NCBI GenBank assembly: GCA_964016885.1
Contig: OZ024743.1
Coordinates: forward strand, 375,286,001 to 375,350,000
Source: Eledone cirrhosa
Lineage: Eukaryota
Direction: 5' to 3'
Length of the DNA stretch: 64,000 nucleotides
The notes under the pieces are model-generated. The model made no database searches and was not told the origin of the DNA. It saw nothing but the letters and a program-made list of their open reading frames with translations. Of this stretch, positions 11,222-25,280 are shown piece after piece. Positions within the stretch are counted from its first letter, which is position 1. Every line of letters begins with the position of its first letter. The position numbers were made by a program, and so were the translations under genes.

Positions 11222-12689
11222 GTAGAACATTCCAAAAATACTGTATGTAATAACTACATATACACGTATAAATACAAAACAGATCCTGATTTTTCTATGA
11301 CGTTATGGAATATTGTGATAGTTTTTTTGAGATAGTAGTATACACTTTATAGTGTGTTGTATCATGATATCAACTGGGTGGTTGGTGTGTAATCGGAAAG
11401 TCAAAAATACTAAGACAGAAGAATGAACAACATTCCATCAAAACACATCCTGTTTGTTAAAATAATTTTGTAATGAGACTGTATGAAATTCGTTGAAAAT
11501 CCATTCACTAAAACTGATAGCTGTTATAATCGTTCTGGTATCACATGTTATCTATGATATAATCCATTGTTTTCTAATCACTCACAAATTTAGTAAATGG
11601 CCAAAACTTTGTATCGTTATTTCTGAGAAATACTTATGCCACTATAGAAAGCTCAACACAGTAACACAGTGTCACAGTGTCCACCTTATGGCAATAAACT
11701 ATATGCACTCTCCACCTTTATCGCCACCCCTAATCTAACTCCAACATCATTGCAAGCCACATCAGTGCTACTAAGCAGGACAGTGTTTGGCACAAAGAAA
11801 CTATTATAACATTATGCATACTATTATTATTGGCAGTATCGGTAGAGCGCCGATCACCATGCTTTGCAGCATAGTTACGGCCCTTGACGTACTGATTTCA
11901 AATGCCAATAATGTTTTCTTTGCCTTTCATCCTTAGGGGGTCGATAAAATAAAGTACCAGTCACGCACTGAGGTCGATTTAAGCACTTTCCCCTCTCTCC
12001 AAAAATTGTTCGCCTTGTGCTTAAATCAGAAAATATATTATTGCGGTGGGTTACCTGAATTGTGAGAGCATCAGACAAAATTGTTTGGGTTATTTGTTCT
12101 TTCTCTTTAGGTTCCATTTTCAAATCCTGCTGTTTATCCTTACTAAGTCAATAAAATAAAGTACCAGTTTAGTACTAGGGTCTATTTAATCGACTTCCAC
12201 CCTATATCCCGAAACTATTGTCCTTGTACCTAAAGTAGAATCATTATTAAGAAATAATTATTACTTTTATACTATTTCTATATTTAAATGTGTGGAGGAG
12301 CGTGACCTTGTGGTAAGGGTGTTGCAATTACGATCATAATGTCGTGGGTTTGGTTCAAGGGCTGGGTTGCGTGTTGTGCTCTTGAGCAAACCACTTCATT
12401 TCACGTTGCTCCAGTATACTCAGCTGAAAATGAGTACTAACAATAGCTGGGGGTTTAACCCTGTGATGGACTGGCGTCCTGTCCAGGGAGGGTGGTTCTT
12501 GTACTCTCAGTCGCTTCACGCCACGAAACCAGAATAAGCACCGGCCTAACGATCCTTCTGTCTCGAGACAGACTTTATATATCAAAATACTGTTTCAGGC
12601 GGGTAAAATATACTACTAAATATTATTGTTGTATAGCTTCACTGCACATATCTTCTTTACAATGTTATGTGCAGTATTTTGTTTCGGTT

Positions 12690-12930
12690 TGGTAGTTGGA
12701 GGCTTTTAGTTGACAAGGAGGGAATAATCTACACATTTAAGAACGATGGTTTTGGAAGGCTGCAGTGCATCTCCTACACAGAGCACAACACAAGCTTGTC
12801 ACGGAAACAAATCCCCAAATATGCTTGCAAGAAAGAATTCCGTGCAACATTGAAACGACGAAGGCTCGCCGGATATGGTCATGTATCCCGACACAATTCC
12901 TTCCAGGCAAAGAAAATACTGGTTTGACAA
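12690..12930 (+). pseudogene. Decayed RTE-like LINE C-terminal fragment
   Basis: Translation LQCISYTEHNT...ATLKRRRLAGYGHVSRHNS resembles the RTE-clade motif LR.SY..H.TN...KRRKL.WFGHV.R. Confidence 0.5.
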
Positions 12931-13095
12931 CACCAAGAATTTTATTCAATAATGGTATTTCTGAAACTTTATTTATCTATCTATCTATCTGTTGTTATAT
13001 TTGTAATTGAGAATATCGGATATATATAAATACACTCATGCATACATACAGAAATATACACATAAACACATACGCAAAGATAAATAGATAGATGA

Positions 13096-13158
<63 letters not shown>

Positions 13159-13159
13159 T

Positions 13160-13202
<43 letters not shown>

Positions 13203-13817
13203 TGCTTGTATACATGTATGTATAATTATGTTATGAGAGGAACTTGAGCGAGAGAAGAAGGAGAGTTAGTCATACGTGTCATAGAGATGCCAAAATATAC
13301 ATAGACTCGCTATCCAAGAGAAATAAAACTGACAACATCGAAGCCCAATCAATAAAGGAACTGTGTTCAACGTAACAAAAGAATATGGAATATGAATAAA
13401 TAAAGAAATAAAAAATAAGGAAATAAAGAAAGAAATAAGTAAATAAACCAACAAATAATCAATACATGGAAATCCGAAGGAAGAACATTTTTAGGAAAAA
13501 GGATGGAAGAGGGGGAAAAGTCCAAAGGATAAAGGATATGGTTAGTGTAATAATTACTATGTTGTCATATATTGATTAAGTGATAAATTAAAACAGAAGC
13601 CATCGATTTCTGAATCAGGAGTTTTTGCTCTCAGAAATGTTATTGCAATGAACAATACTATGACCAGCTTCTAAGCGGCCAATTGGCAACGTCGTTAGAA
13701 AGCCGCACGGAATGATTTGCTGTATTTGTTCTGGTTCTCTGAGCCCTACGTTCAAATCCAACCGAGGTCTACTTCGACTTTCGAGATCGATAAAGTAACA
13801 GTTAAGAACTGCGATTG

Positions 13818-13899
<82 letters not shown>

Positions 13900-13968
13900 C
13901 CTCTCTCCCTCTCTCTCAGAAATCTGCTGTGTTCAGAGCAGCGTTTTTTTCTCTATCATTCTCTAGAA

Positions 13969-16900
13969 CAGTCATGGGAAACCTTCGGCCCACGAAGTTT
14001 TCTAAATGGCTCACCTAAGTCACCCAAGTAAAATCTTTCTCAATGGCTCACCTAAGACACCCAAGTAAAATCTTTCTAAATGGCTCACCTAAGTCACCCA
14101 AGTAAAATCTTTCTCAATGGCTCACCTAAGTCACCCAAGTAAAATCTTTCTAAATGGCTCACCTAAGTCACCTAAGTGAAATCTTTCTCAATGGCTCGCC
14201 TAAGTCACCCAAGTAAAATCTTTCTCAATGGCTCACCTAAGTCACCCAAGTAAAATCTTTCTAATTGGCTAACCTAAGTCACCCAAGTAAAATCTTTCTC
14301 AATGGCTCACCTAAGTCACCCAAGTAAAATCTTTCTAAATGGCTCACCTAAGTCACCTAAGTGAAATCTTTCTCAATGGCTCACCTAAGTCACCCAAGTG
14401 AAATCTTTCTCAATGGCTCACCTAAGTCACCCAAGTGAAATCTTTCTCAATGGCTCACCTAAGTCACCCAAGTAAAATCTTTCTAAATGGCTAACCTAAG
14501 TCACCCAAGTAAAATCTTTCTCAATGGCTCACCTAAGTCACCCAAGTAAAATCTTTCTAAATGGCTCACCTAAGTCACCTAAGTGAAATCGTTCTCAATG
14601 GCTCACCTAAGTCACCCAAGTGAAATCTTTCTCAATGGCTCACCTAAGTCACCCAAGTGAAATCTTTCTCAATGGCTCACCTAAGTCACCTAAGTGAAAT
14701 CTTTCTCAATGGCTCACCTAAGTCACCCAAGTAAAATCTTTCTCAATGGCTCACCTAAGTCACCCAAGTAAAATCTTTCTAAATGGCTCACCTAAGTCAC
14801 CCAAGTAAAATCTTTCTAAATGGCTCACCTAAGTCACCCAAGTAAAATCTTTCTAAATGGCTCACCTAAGTCACCCAAGTAAAATCTTTCTCAATGGCTC
14901 ACCTAAGTCACCTAAGTAAAATCTTTCTCAATGGCTCACCTAAGTCACCCAAGTGAAATCTTTCTCAATGGCTCACCTAAGTCACCCAAGTGAAATCTTT
15001 CTCAATGGCTCACACAAGTCACCTAAGTGAAATCTTTCTCAATGGCTCACCTAAGTCACCTAAGTGAAATCTTTCTCAATGGCTCCTCCAAGTCACCCAA
15101 GTGAAATCTTTCTCAATGGCTCACCCAAGTCACCTAAGTGAAATCTTTCTCAATGGTTAACCTAAGTCACCTAAGTGAAATCTTTCTCAATGGCTCCCCC
15201 AAGTCACCCAAGTGAAATCTTTCTCAATGGCTCACCCAAGTCACCTAAGTGAAATCTTTCTCAATGGCTCACCCAAGTCACCTAAGTGAAATCTTTCTCA
15301 ATGGCTAACCTAAGTCACCTAAGTGAAATCTTTCTCAATGGCTCACCGAAGTCACCTAAGTGAAATCTTTCTAAATGGCTCACCCAAGTCACCTAAGCGA
15401 AATCTTTCTCAATGGCTCACCGAAGTCACCTAAGTGAAATCTTTCTAAATGGCTCACCTAAGTCACCCAAGTGAAATCTTTCTCAATGGCTCACCCAAGT
15501 CACCTAAGTGAAATCTTTCTAAATGGCTCACCTAAGTCACCCAAGTGATATCTTTCTCAATGGCTCACCCAAGTCACCTAAGTGAAATCTTTCTCAATGG
15601 CTCACCTAAGTCACCCAAGTGAAATCTTTCTCAATGGCTCACCCAAGTCACCCAAGTGAAATCTTTCTAAATGGCTCACCTAAGTCACCCAAGTGAAATC
15701 TTTCTAAATGGCTCACCTAGGTCACGTAAGTGAAATCTTTCTCAATGGCTCACCTAAGTCACCTAAGTGAAATCTTTCTCAATGGCTCACCCAAGTCACC
15801 TAAGTGAAATCTTTCTAAATGGCTCACCTAAGTCACCCAAGTGAAATCTTTCTAAATGGCTCACCTAGGTCACGTAAGTGAAATCTTTCTCAATGGCTCA
15901 CCTAAGTCACCCAAGTGAAATCTTTCTAAATGGCTCACCCAAGTCACCTAAGTGAAATCTTTCTAAATGGCTCACCTAAGTCACCCAAGTGAAATCTTTC
16001 TAAATGGCTCACCTAGGTCACCTAAGTGAAATCTTTCTCAATGGCTCACCTAAATCACCCAAGTGAAATCTTTCTCAATGGCTCACCCAAGTCACCTAAG
16101 TGAAATCTTTCTCAATGGCTCACCTAAGTCACCCAAGTGAAATCTTTCTCAATGGCTCACCCAAGTCACCCAAGTGAAATCTTTCTCAATGGCTCACCCA
16201 AGTCACCTAAGTGAAATCTTTCTTAATGGCTCACCTAAGTCACCCAAGTGAAATCTTTCTCAATGGCTCACCCAAGTCACCTAAGTGAAATCTTTCTAAA
16301 TGGCTCACCCAAGTCACCCAAGTGAAATCTTTCTCAATGGCTCACCCAAGTCACCTAAATGAAATCTTTCTTAATGGCTCACCTAAGTCACCCAAGTAAA
16401 ATCTTTCTCAATGGCTCACCCAAGTCACCTAAGTGAAATCTTTCTAAATGGCTCACCTAAGTCACCCAAGTGAAATCTTTCTAAATGGCTCACCTAGGTC
16501 ACGTAAGTGAAATCTTTCTCAATGGCTCACCTAAGTCACCCAAGTGAAATCTTTCTCAATGGCTCACCCAAGTCACCTAAGTGAAATCTTTCTAAATGGC
16601 TCACCTAAGTCACCCAAGTGAAATCTTTCTAAATGGCTCACCTAGGTCACCTAAGTGAAATCTTTCTCAATGGCTCACCTAAGTCACCCAAGTGAAATCT
16701 TTCTCAATGGCTCACCCAAGTCACCTAAGTGAAATCTTTCTCAATGGCTCACCTAAGTCACCCAAGTGAAATCTTTCACAATGGCTCACCCAAGTCACCC
16801 AAGTGAAATCTTTCTCAATGGCTCACCCAAGTCACCTAAGTGAAATCTTTCTTAATGGCTCACCTAAGTCACCCAAGTGAAATCTTTCTCAATGGCTCAC

Positions 16901-19900
16901 CGAAGTCACCTAAGTGAAATCTTTCTAAATGGCTCACCCAAGTCACCCAAGTGAAATCTTTCTCAATGGCTCACCCAAGTCACCTAAATGAAATCTTTCT
17001 TAATGGCTCACCTAAGTCACCCAAGTGAAATCTTTCTCAATGGCTCACCCAAGTCACCTAAGTGAAATCTTTCTAAATGGCTCACCCAAGTCACCCAAGT
17101 GAAATCTTTCTAAATGGCTCACCGAAGTCACCTAGGTGAAATCTTTCTCAATGGCTCACCTAAGTCACCCAAGTGAAATCTTTCTCAATGGCTCACCTAA
17201 GTCACCTAAGTGAAATCTTTCTCAATGGCTCACCTAAGTCACCTAAATGAAATCTTTCTTAATGGCTCACCTAAGTCACCTAAGTGAAATCTTTCTCAAT
17301 GGCTCACCTAAGTCACCCAAGTGAAATCTTTCTCAATGGCTCACCTAAGTCACCCAAGTGAAATCTTTCTCAATGGCTCACCTAAGTCACCCAAGTGAAA
17401 TCTTTCTCAATGGCTCACCTAAGTCACCCAAGTGAAATCTTTCTCAATGGCTCACCTAAGTCACCCAAGTGAAATCTTTCTCAATGGCTCACCGAAGTCA
17501 CCTAAGTGAAATCTTTCTCAATGGCTCACCTAAGTCACCCAAGTGAAATCTTTCTCAATGGCTCACCTAAGTCACCCAAGTGAAATCTTTCTCAATGGCT
17601 CACCTAAGTCACCCAAGTGAAATCTTTCTCAATGGCTCACCGAAGTCACCTAAGTGAAATCTTTCTCAATGGCTCACCTAAGTCACCCAAGTGAAATCTT
17701 TCTCAATGGCTCACCTAAGTCACCTAAGTGAAATCTTTCTCAATGGCTCACCTAAGTCACCCAAGTGAAATCTTTCTCAATGGCTCACCTAAGTCACCTA
17801 AGTGAAATCTTTCTAAATGGCTCACCTAAGTCACCCAAGTGAAATCTTTCTCAATGGCTCACCTAAGTCACCCAAGTGAAATCTTTCTCAATGGCTCACC
17901 TAAGTCACCTAAGTGAAATCTTTCTTAATGGCTCACCTAAGTCACCCAAGTGAAATCTTTCTAAATGGCTCACCTAAGTCACCTAAGTGAGATCTTTCTT
18001 AATGGCTCACCTAAGTCACCCAAGTGAAATCTTTCTCAATGGCTCACCTAAGTCACCTAAGTGAAATCTTTCTTAATGGCTCACCTAAGTCACCTAAGTG
18101 AAATCTTTCTCAATGGCTCACCGAAGTCACCTAAGTGAAATCTTTCTTAATGGCTCACCTAAGTCACCCAAGTGAAATCTTTCTAAATGGCTCACCTAAG
18201 TCACCTAAGTGAAATCTTTCTCAAATGCTCACCGAAGTCACCTAGGTGAAATCTTTCTCAATGGCTCACCGAAGTCACCCAAGTGAAATCTTTCTCAATG
18301 GCTCACCGAAGTCACCTAGGTGAAATCTTTCTCAATGGCTCACCGAAGTCACCCAAGTGAAATCTTTCTCAATGGCTCACCGAAGTCACCTAGGTGAAAT
18401 CTTTCTCAATGGCTCACCTAAGTCACCTAAGTGAAATCTTTCTCAATGGCTCACCTAAGTCACCTAAGTGAAATCTTTCTCAATGGCTCACCGAAGTCAC
18501 CTAAGTGAAATCTTTCTCAATGGCTCACCTAAGTCACCTAAGTGAAATCTTTCTCAATGGCTCACCTAAGTCACCTAAGTGAAATCTTTCTCAATGGCTC
18601 ACCGAAGTCACCTAAGTGAAATATTTCTCAATGGCTCACCCAAGTTACCCAAGTGAAATCTTTCTCAATGGCTCACCTAAGTCACCTAAGTGAAATCTTT
18701 CTCAATGGCTCACCTAAGTCACCTAAGTGAAATCTTTCTCAATGGCTCACCCAAGTCACCTAAGTGAAATCTTTCTCAATGGCTCACCCAAGTCACCTAA
18801 GTGAAATCTTTCTCAATGGCTCACCTAAGTCACCTAAGTGAAATCTTTCTCAATGGCTCACCTAAGTCACCTAAGTGAAATCTTTCTCAATGGCTCACCT
18901 AAGTCACCTAAGTGAAATCTTTCTCAATGGCTCACCCAAGTCACCTAAGTGAAATCTTTCTCAATGGCTCACCCAAGTCACCCAAGTGAAATCTTTCTCA
19001 ATGGCTCACCTAAGTCACCTAAGTGAAATCTTTCTCAATGGCTCACCCAAGTCACCTAAGTGAAATCTTTCTCAATGGCTCACCTAAGTCACCTAAGTGA
19101 AATCTTTCTCAATGGCTCACCCAAGTCACCTAAGTGAAATCTTTCTCAATGGCTCACCCAAGTCACCTAAGTGAAATCTTTCTCAATGGCTCACCCAAGT
19201 CACCTAAGTGAAATCTTTCTCAATGGCTCACCGAAGTCACCCAAGTGAAATCTTTCTAAATGGCTCACCTAAATCACCTAAGTGAAATCTTTCTCAATGG
19301 CTCACCCAAGTCACCTAAGTGAAATCTTTCTAAGTGGCTCACCCAAGTCACCCAAGTGAAATCTTTCTCAATGGCTCACCTAAGTCACCCAAGTGAAATC
19401 TTTCTCAATGGCTCACCTAAATCACCTAAGTGAAATCTTTCTCAATGGCTCACCCAAGTCACCTAAGTGAAATCTTTCTAAATGGCTCACCCAAGTCACC
19501 CAAGTGAAATCTTTCTAAATGGCTCACCCAAGTCACCCAAGTGAAATCTTTCTCAATGGCTCACCCAAGTCACCTAAGTGAAATCTTTCTAAATGGCTCA
19601 CCCAAGTCACCCAAGTGAAATCTTTCTAAATGGCTCACCCAAGTCACCCAAGTGAAATCTTTCTAAATGGCTCACCCAAGTCACCCAAGTGAAATCTTTC
19701 TCAATGGCTCACCCAAGTCACCTAAGTGAAATCTTTCTAAATGGCTCACCCAAGTCACCCAAGTGAAATCTTTCTCAATGGCTCACCCAAGTCACCCAAG
19801 TGAAATCTTTCTCAATGGCTCACCCAAGTCACCCAAGTGAAATCTTTCTCAATGGCTCACCGAAGTCACCTAAGTGAAATCTTTCTCAATGGCTCACCGA

Positions 19901-20177
19901 AGTCACCTAAGTGAAATCTTTCTCAATGGCTCACCCAAGTCACCCAAGTGAAATCTTTCTGATTTTTTTTACGCCAACTTTTCAGTTGTAATTTATCTTT
20001 CTATCATTTTTGCAATCGAGGAAAACAACGTGTACGGATTCTGAAGAAACAAATCAAAACAACCCGAGTTACCGCCCTTTTTTATGTAGGCACGAATGTA
20101 AATTAGCGCTTGCGGCCTGCCTGATGATGAGCCATATCTCATGCAGCCCGCTTCTCGAAACAGGTTGCCCATACCTG
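13969..20177. mobile_element. Non-autonomous hAT (Charlie-like) DNA transposon containing an expanded satellite
   Basis: Identical 8-bp TSD CTCTAGAA at 13961-13968 and 20178-20185. Imperfect TIRs CAGTCATGGGAAACCT / CAGGTATGGGCAACCT (reverse complement of the right end). GGCCC-type subterminal motifs. Confidence 0.85.
14000..19960 (+). repeat. 37-bp tandem satellite, ~160 copies
   Basis: Unit AATGGCTCACCTAAGTCACCCAAGTGAAATCTTTCTC, e.g. starts at 14042 and 14079. Contains an internal 10-bp sub-repeat TCACC(T/C)AAG. Confidence 0.98.
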
Positions 20178-20910
20178 CTCTAGAAGAAATCTGCTGACAT
20201 GGGCGTAACTCTATGCTGCAAAGCACGTTGTGCGGCGCTCTAACGATTCTGCCAATCCACCGCCGTAACAATGATTTCTACTATAGGCACAAGGCCAGTA
20301 ATTTTTTTTGGGGGGAAAGTCGATTAAATGGACCCCAGTACGTTACTGGTACTTTATTTTTTCGACCTCGTAAGGATGAAAGGCAAAGCTAACCTCGGCG
20401 GGATATGAACTAAGAACGTAAAGGAACATAACTCTATGCTGCAAAGCATGGTGTCTAATGCTCTACCGATACTGCTAATTCACCACCGTAATAATAATAT
20501 TAATAACAATTATTAATTAAGAAAATATTATAATAAATAACAATGATTTCTTTCATATTATATTATGTTATATATAATATTATATTATATTGTAAATTAT
20601 AACTACTAATGCTATTTCTAATCTCTTTCTTTTTTATCATTTATCATAAATAATGAGTCTGGCAGTAACAAGTAATGGTTATGTTTGATGTCAACCTCCT
20701 CTCATTCTGTTACTTAATTGGAAGAGTTATTTAACTTAATGTTAAGCATACAATTTACGCCGGTAAATTGACAGTCACGTGAGAATGTTGGATGCTTTGC
20801 AGTATTCATTCCGACTTTCTCCGCTCTGATACCGTCGAGATCAAATTTGCCTTTCATCCTTTTCGAAGTCAATAAAAAAAGTAGTAATTGAGTACTGGGT
20901 TCGATTCTTC

Positions 20911-20954
<44 letters not shown>

Positions 20955-22672
20955 TTCAATTTAGGAAAGTTAGTTGATCAGATAATCCACCGACTTATGT
21001 TGCAAATATATATATATTTATACATATATTCATACATATACAATGGGCTTCCGCGTAGTTTCTATCTACCAAATTTAGCTCACAGGGCATTAGTCAACTC
21101 GTAACTATTGTGGAAAACACTTAACCAAGGAGCCACATAGTGGGACTAAACCGGAACCCCCGTGGTGGCAAAGCGAACTCCTTAACCGCATAGCCATGCT
21201 TGCGCCTATGAATTACGTTTCCTATTAGACCCTTAATTTCTGATAGAGTTGTGGGGGCGCCATGATTATATACGGCGTGTTTAAGAGCATTCTAAATAAT
21301 GGCAGAGCCCATCCCCCCTCTCTCCATGTCTGAACACAGCCAAATTCTTTCAGAGAGAGTGAGAAAGAGTGTATCGAATTCAGTACTTTTTTTAATATTT
21401 TCATGAGTTTATGCCATTCATTAAAGTAAAAGTAACTTTATTAATATTTAAAAACGGAAAAGGAAGTGAAAGGCTCTGGGGTCACAGAAGAATGGGAGGG
21501 AGGAAGCTCTGGAGGCGACGGTATTGGAGCTGCGCCGGACGCTTCCTCTTCGCACTTTATCTCGGCGAGACATGAGCTCAGAGTATAGAAAGTTGAACCT
21601 AATACCACAAAGTATTCTATCTGACGTTCTAACCACTCAGCCAACTCTACGCTGCCTAAGCATTATGTACTATTTAACTGTTGTAGTCATTAATTAATAT
21701 TTGAAAGAAAATCACGTCTCTGTGCATCTAAATGTGTGAACACATTTCCATTGTTATTCCATTTCATTTTTCGTATAACTCACTTCATTTTTCGTATAAT
21801 AACCTGTGGGTCGGCCAGCTTATGGCATGTTAAATAGAGTTGGGTTACGTAATTAATATCCAAATAATTTGCTAAAAATGTAAATCTTTGAAAAACAAAA
21901 ATGGTTTTATTTAGTGATTAATCATCGATAATATAACAATAAAAATAAAGAAATATATATGGACTTTCCAGTTTGAATAGATTGTGAAATAAGAGAACGG
22001 CTACACAAACAATCAATCATGCAAACATTCCAGAAATAAAAGAAAAAGAAACAGGAAAAACATGAAATATTTTGATGGCTAGTGTTGCACAACACAGATT
22101 TCTAGGTTTGGCACAAGGCTATACATTTCTCTAGTTGATTAAATCGATACGACTGATGCAAGATTGCTATTTACTTGATCGATCGCGGGTGGATGAAAGG
22201 CACTATGTTGCGGATGTTTTTTCAGAGTCGGCAGTGTGTCAGGTCAAACAAAATGTTGTGAAGTTTTTGGCTTCGTCTCTTCACGTTCTGATTTCAAATG
22301 ATTAGACCTCCGTCTCTTTTGACGATCAATAAACGGATTGTCCTGTCTGCGAAACAGTTTAATTATATAAACATTCCACAGACACGTGTACACTTAACTT
22401 AATACTCAGGGAGATTCACAGTAACACAGTAAGTGATGAGACTGACCCTTTGAATTACAGATACAGTTCATCCGATGGTCTTCCAAACAGTTTTTATGTA
22501 ACCAATTTCACTAACAAGGCACCTCAGTCCATTATTTTCGTCTCCGAGAGTACATTGCTCGATTTTTTAAATTATTATTTCCAATGATCGACTAATATTA
22601 TGGTCATTTTCGTTGGGATGTTCACACTTTAAGTTTCAAACTGTCTGAATGCTCCATAAATCAACCGCTTTG

Positions 22673-22753
<81 letters not shown>

Positions 22754-22822
22754 AAAAAGAGATGAAATCGAAAATGCAACTGGAGTCTTATTTTTTTTTT
22801 AAATATATATATTTATTTGGTT

Positions 22823-22860
22823 CCTTTACCGGTTTCGCAGTTCTTCTGCTTTTCAAAAGG
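22823..22860 (-). ncRNA. Minimal type I hammerhead ribozyme, U3-A8 variant (family B)
   Basis: Minus strand: CCTT-TTGAAAA-GCAG-AAGAA-CTGC-GAAA-CCGG-TA-AAGG. Palindromic ACCGGT helix III, GUA site. The element abuts (TA)n at 22750. Confidence 0.85.
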
Positions 22861-23810
22861 TGAGTTGAGATGGAGGGTCTGTGGTTTTTCTCACATCTGG
22901 TTGGTCTCTGAATGTTACTTGTTTTATATGGAAAAAGTGGCTCGAAATGCCAGGCTTTTCTAGAAGTAATTTGATTGGTTTGTCAATAATTATAATAAAT
23001 TTCGCGCCAGTTCGCGTTACAATAGTTCTTCAAATAAGAGGGGGGGGTGTTGTCACAGGTTGTTTTTTCATATATGAGTGTTTGAATTTCTTTTTACTTG
23101 AAAAAAGGAGGCTCACGAAGGCTTTTTTTTGGTTGGTTATAAATGAAATTATGGCTGTCACGTTCACGGGCTGTGTGTTCTGTCCTTGAGCAATACACTT
23201 TATTCCTCGTTGCTCCAGACCACTCATCTGAAAAAATGAGTTGAGTTGTACCTGTAATCCGAAAGACCCAGTGTTGTTACATTCTATGTCACGCTAGATG
23301 TCCCTGAGATCTACGTGAAGGGTACGCATGTCTGTAGAATGCAGACTGCTCCATTGATCGTATCAAGTGGAACACTCGTCGTCTTAACCGACGGAGTGTC
23401 AGTTTTATATGTGTGCATATGCCAGCAACTCTGAGTATCGAGTGTACACCGTATGTGCGAGTATATACGTATTTAAAAGAATAGGGGTGGGATTGGGATT
23501 TAAAATAAGTACTTCAGGGAATATATTTGACACATATAAGCCTGTTAGCCGTATTTAAGATTAGTATATGTGTAGGTTATAATGGTTAGTGAATTTGTAA
23601 TGGTAATTGGCGAAGTCGTTAAAACGTCGGATACAATGATTTGCGGTACTTTTTTTCCGGCTCTCTGCATTCAAATCCCACCGAGGCCAACTTTAATTCT
23701 AATGGAAAATGGTCCAGTAACGTTTATATGGCAGGCCCACACTTGTTCGAGTTCTCTGCACACACTAAGTTCAAATTCCGCCAAGGTTAACTTTGCTTCT
23801 CATCCTTTCG

Positions 23811-23851
<41 letters not shown>

Positions 23852-24180
23852 CAGCTGTATTCAGACATAAAGTGGGAATGGGTTCCGCTAGTTTTTTTAA
23901 AAAGTGCCTAAGTCTCGCTGTATGACGCGACGACGCTACCATGACTCCATCAGTAGTTACGGATCCATACGTACACATATATTTACAGCATAAAATAATA
24001 AATATATATATTTGATAAATTGCCTTTCATGTTGATGTATGGAAGTCCTGAAGCACATCACTTGACAGTGTTAAGCCTGTCGGATTTAAGCATGTGTCTC
24101 ATAAATCAATGAAGTTTTAAATAAAAAAGGATATGTAGTAGATATTGTATTTCTCAGATGCATCCATACAGACACATATA

Positions 24181-25280
24181 CGAGGTAATCTCAAGAGGTT
24201 TTAAGACTTTTATCAGAAAGACATTTATTTAATTCAGATCAACACAAAACTCTAGTCTCCTTCAACGTAGGATCCTCCAACTTCAATGTACTTGTTGTAT
24301 TGCTCCAGCTACTTCTGGAAGACCGCTTTGCTGTCCTCCAAAGTGAAGGTTTCCAGGATGCTTGTCACAGCCTCCTTCATCTCCTCCACATCCTCAAAGC
24401 AGATATCCCTTAGCTTCTCCTTCAGCTTCGGGAATATCCAGAAGTCTTATAGGGCTAAGTCTGAACTGTAAGGAGAACGAGGGACAGGCTTGATCTACAT
24501 ATCGGCCAAGTAGATGGTCACCAGGATGGACTTGTGGCAGGGAGGATTGTCTTGGTACAGGTGCCACAGACAGGACTTCTGGTCTCTTGCGACAAAATCT
24601 CTTCTGAACTGTCTCAAAAACTCTACATATTACACTTTGTTGACTGTTTGGCCGTGGGGGGGGGGGGCAGTGTATGTAGACGATGCCCTTGCTTTCGAAG
24701 AATGGGACCATCATGAGCTTCACTGTGGACCTGTTTGCTTGGCCTCCTTGGACATTCTGTCTCTTGGTCTCTGGGACATAACAGTAGAGCCAGCTCTCAT
24801 CACAAGTTACCAGAGACTCAAGGCATTTGTATTCGAAGCGATCCACTCGACCATCTCCCTGCTGTCATCAGCGCGCCTCTGCCTTTGAGCACCCCGGGGA
24901 TGAACTTTGCACATGTTGTTCAGATCGTCATGGATGCACAGTTCCCTTAGCCACTTCAAATCAGCCAGAAATTTGCAACTTTTGTTGACCAACTTTGGCA
25001 TCCTGATGTCCCTCTCCCTGCCACCACACCTCACGTGGTCCCTCACCTTCTCCCTGTCCTCCTGGAACCACCTGTACCAGCGGAAAACAATCGTCCGGCC
25101 CATGAAAGTTCGTTTATAAGCAGTTTTGACCATTTCATCGGTTTCTGCAGTGTTTCTGCGAGTTTGACATAAAACTTTATAGCATATCGAGCCTCTAAGT
25201 TGTCGTCGTGTCCCGACTGCATTGTGGAACCAATCAACTTTAACAAGACGTGTATGACGTGTAGTTTTTACAGTACCTCG
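24181..25280 (-). mobile_element. Degenerate mariner (DD34D) transposon
   Basis: TA-flanked ends TA-CGAGGTA...TACCTCG-TA. Transposase motifs: ARYAIKFYVKL, VFRWYRWF, VTCDESWLYCYVPETKRQ, KLMMVPFFESKGIV, PYSSDLAL*DFWIFPKLK. Stops and frameshifts present. Confidence 0.9.

Noticed and set aside
14000-19960. 37-bp repeat as a CRISPR array
   Set aside because: Units are contiguous with no unique spacers, there are no cas genes, and the context is eukaryotic. The same applies to the 38-, 45- and 47-bp arrays.
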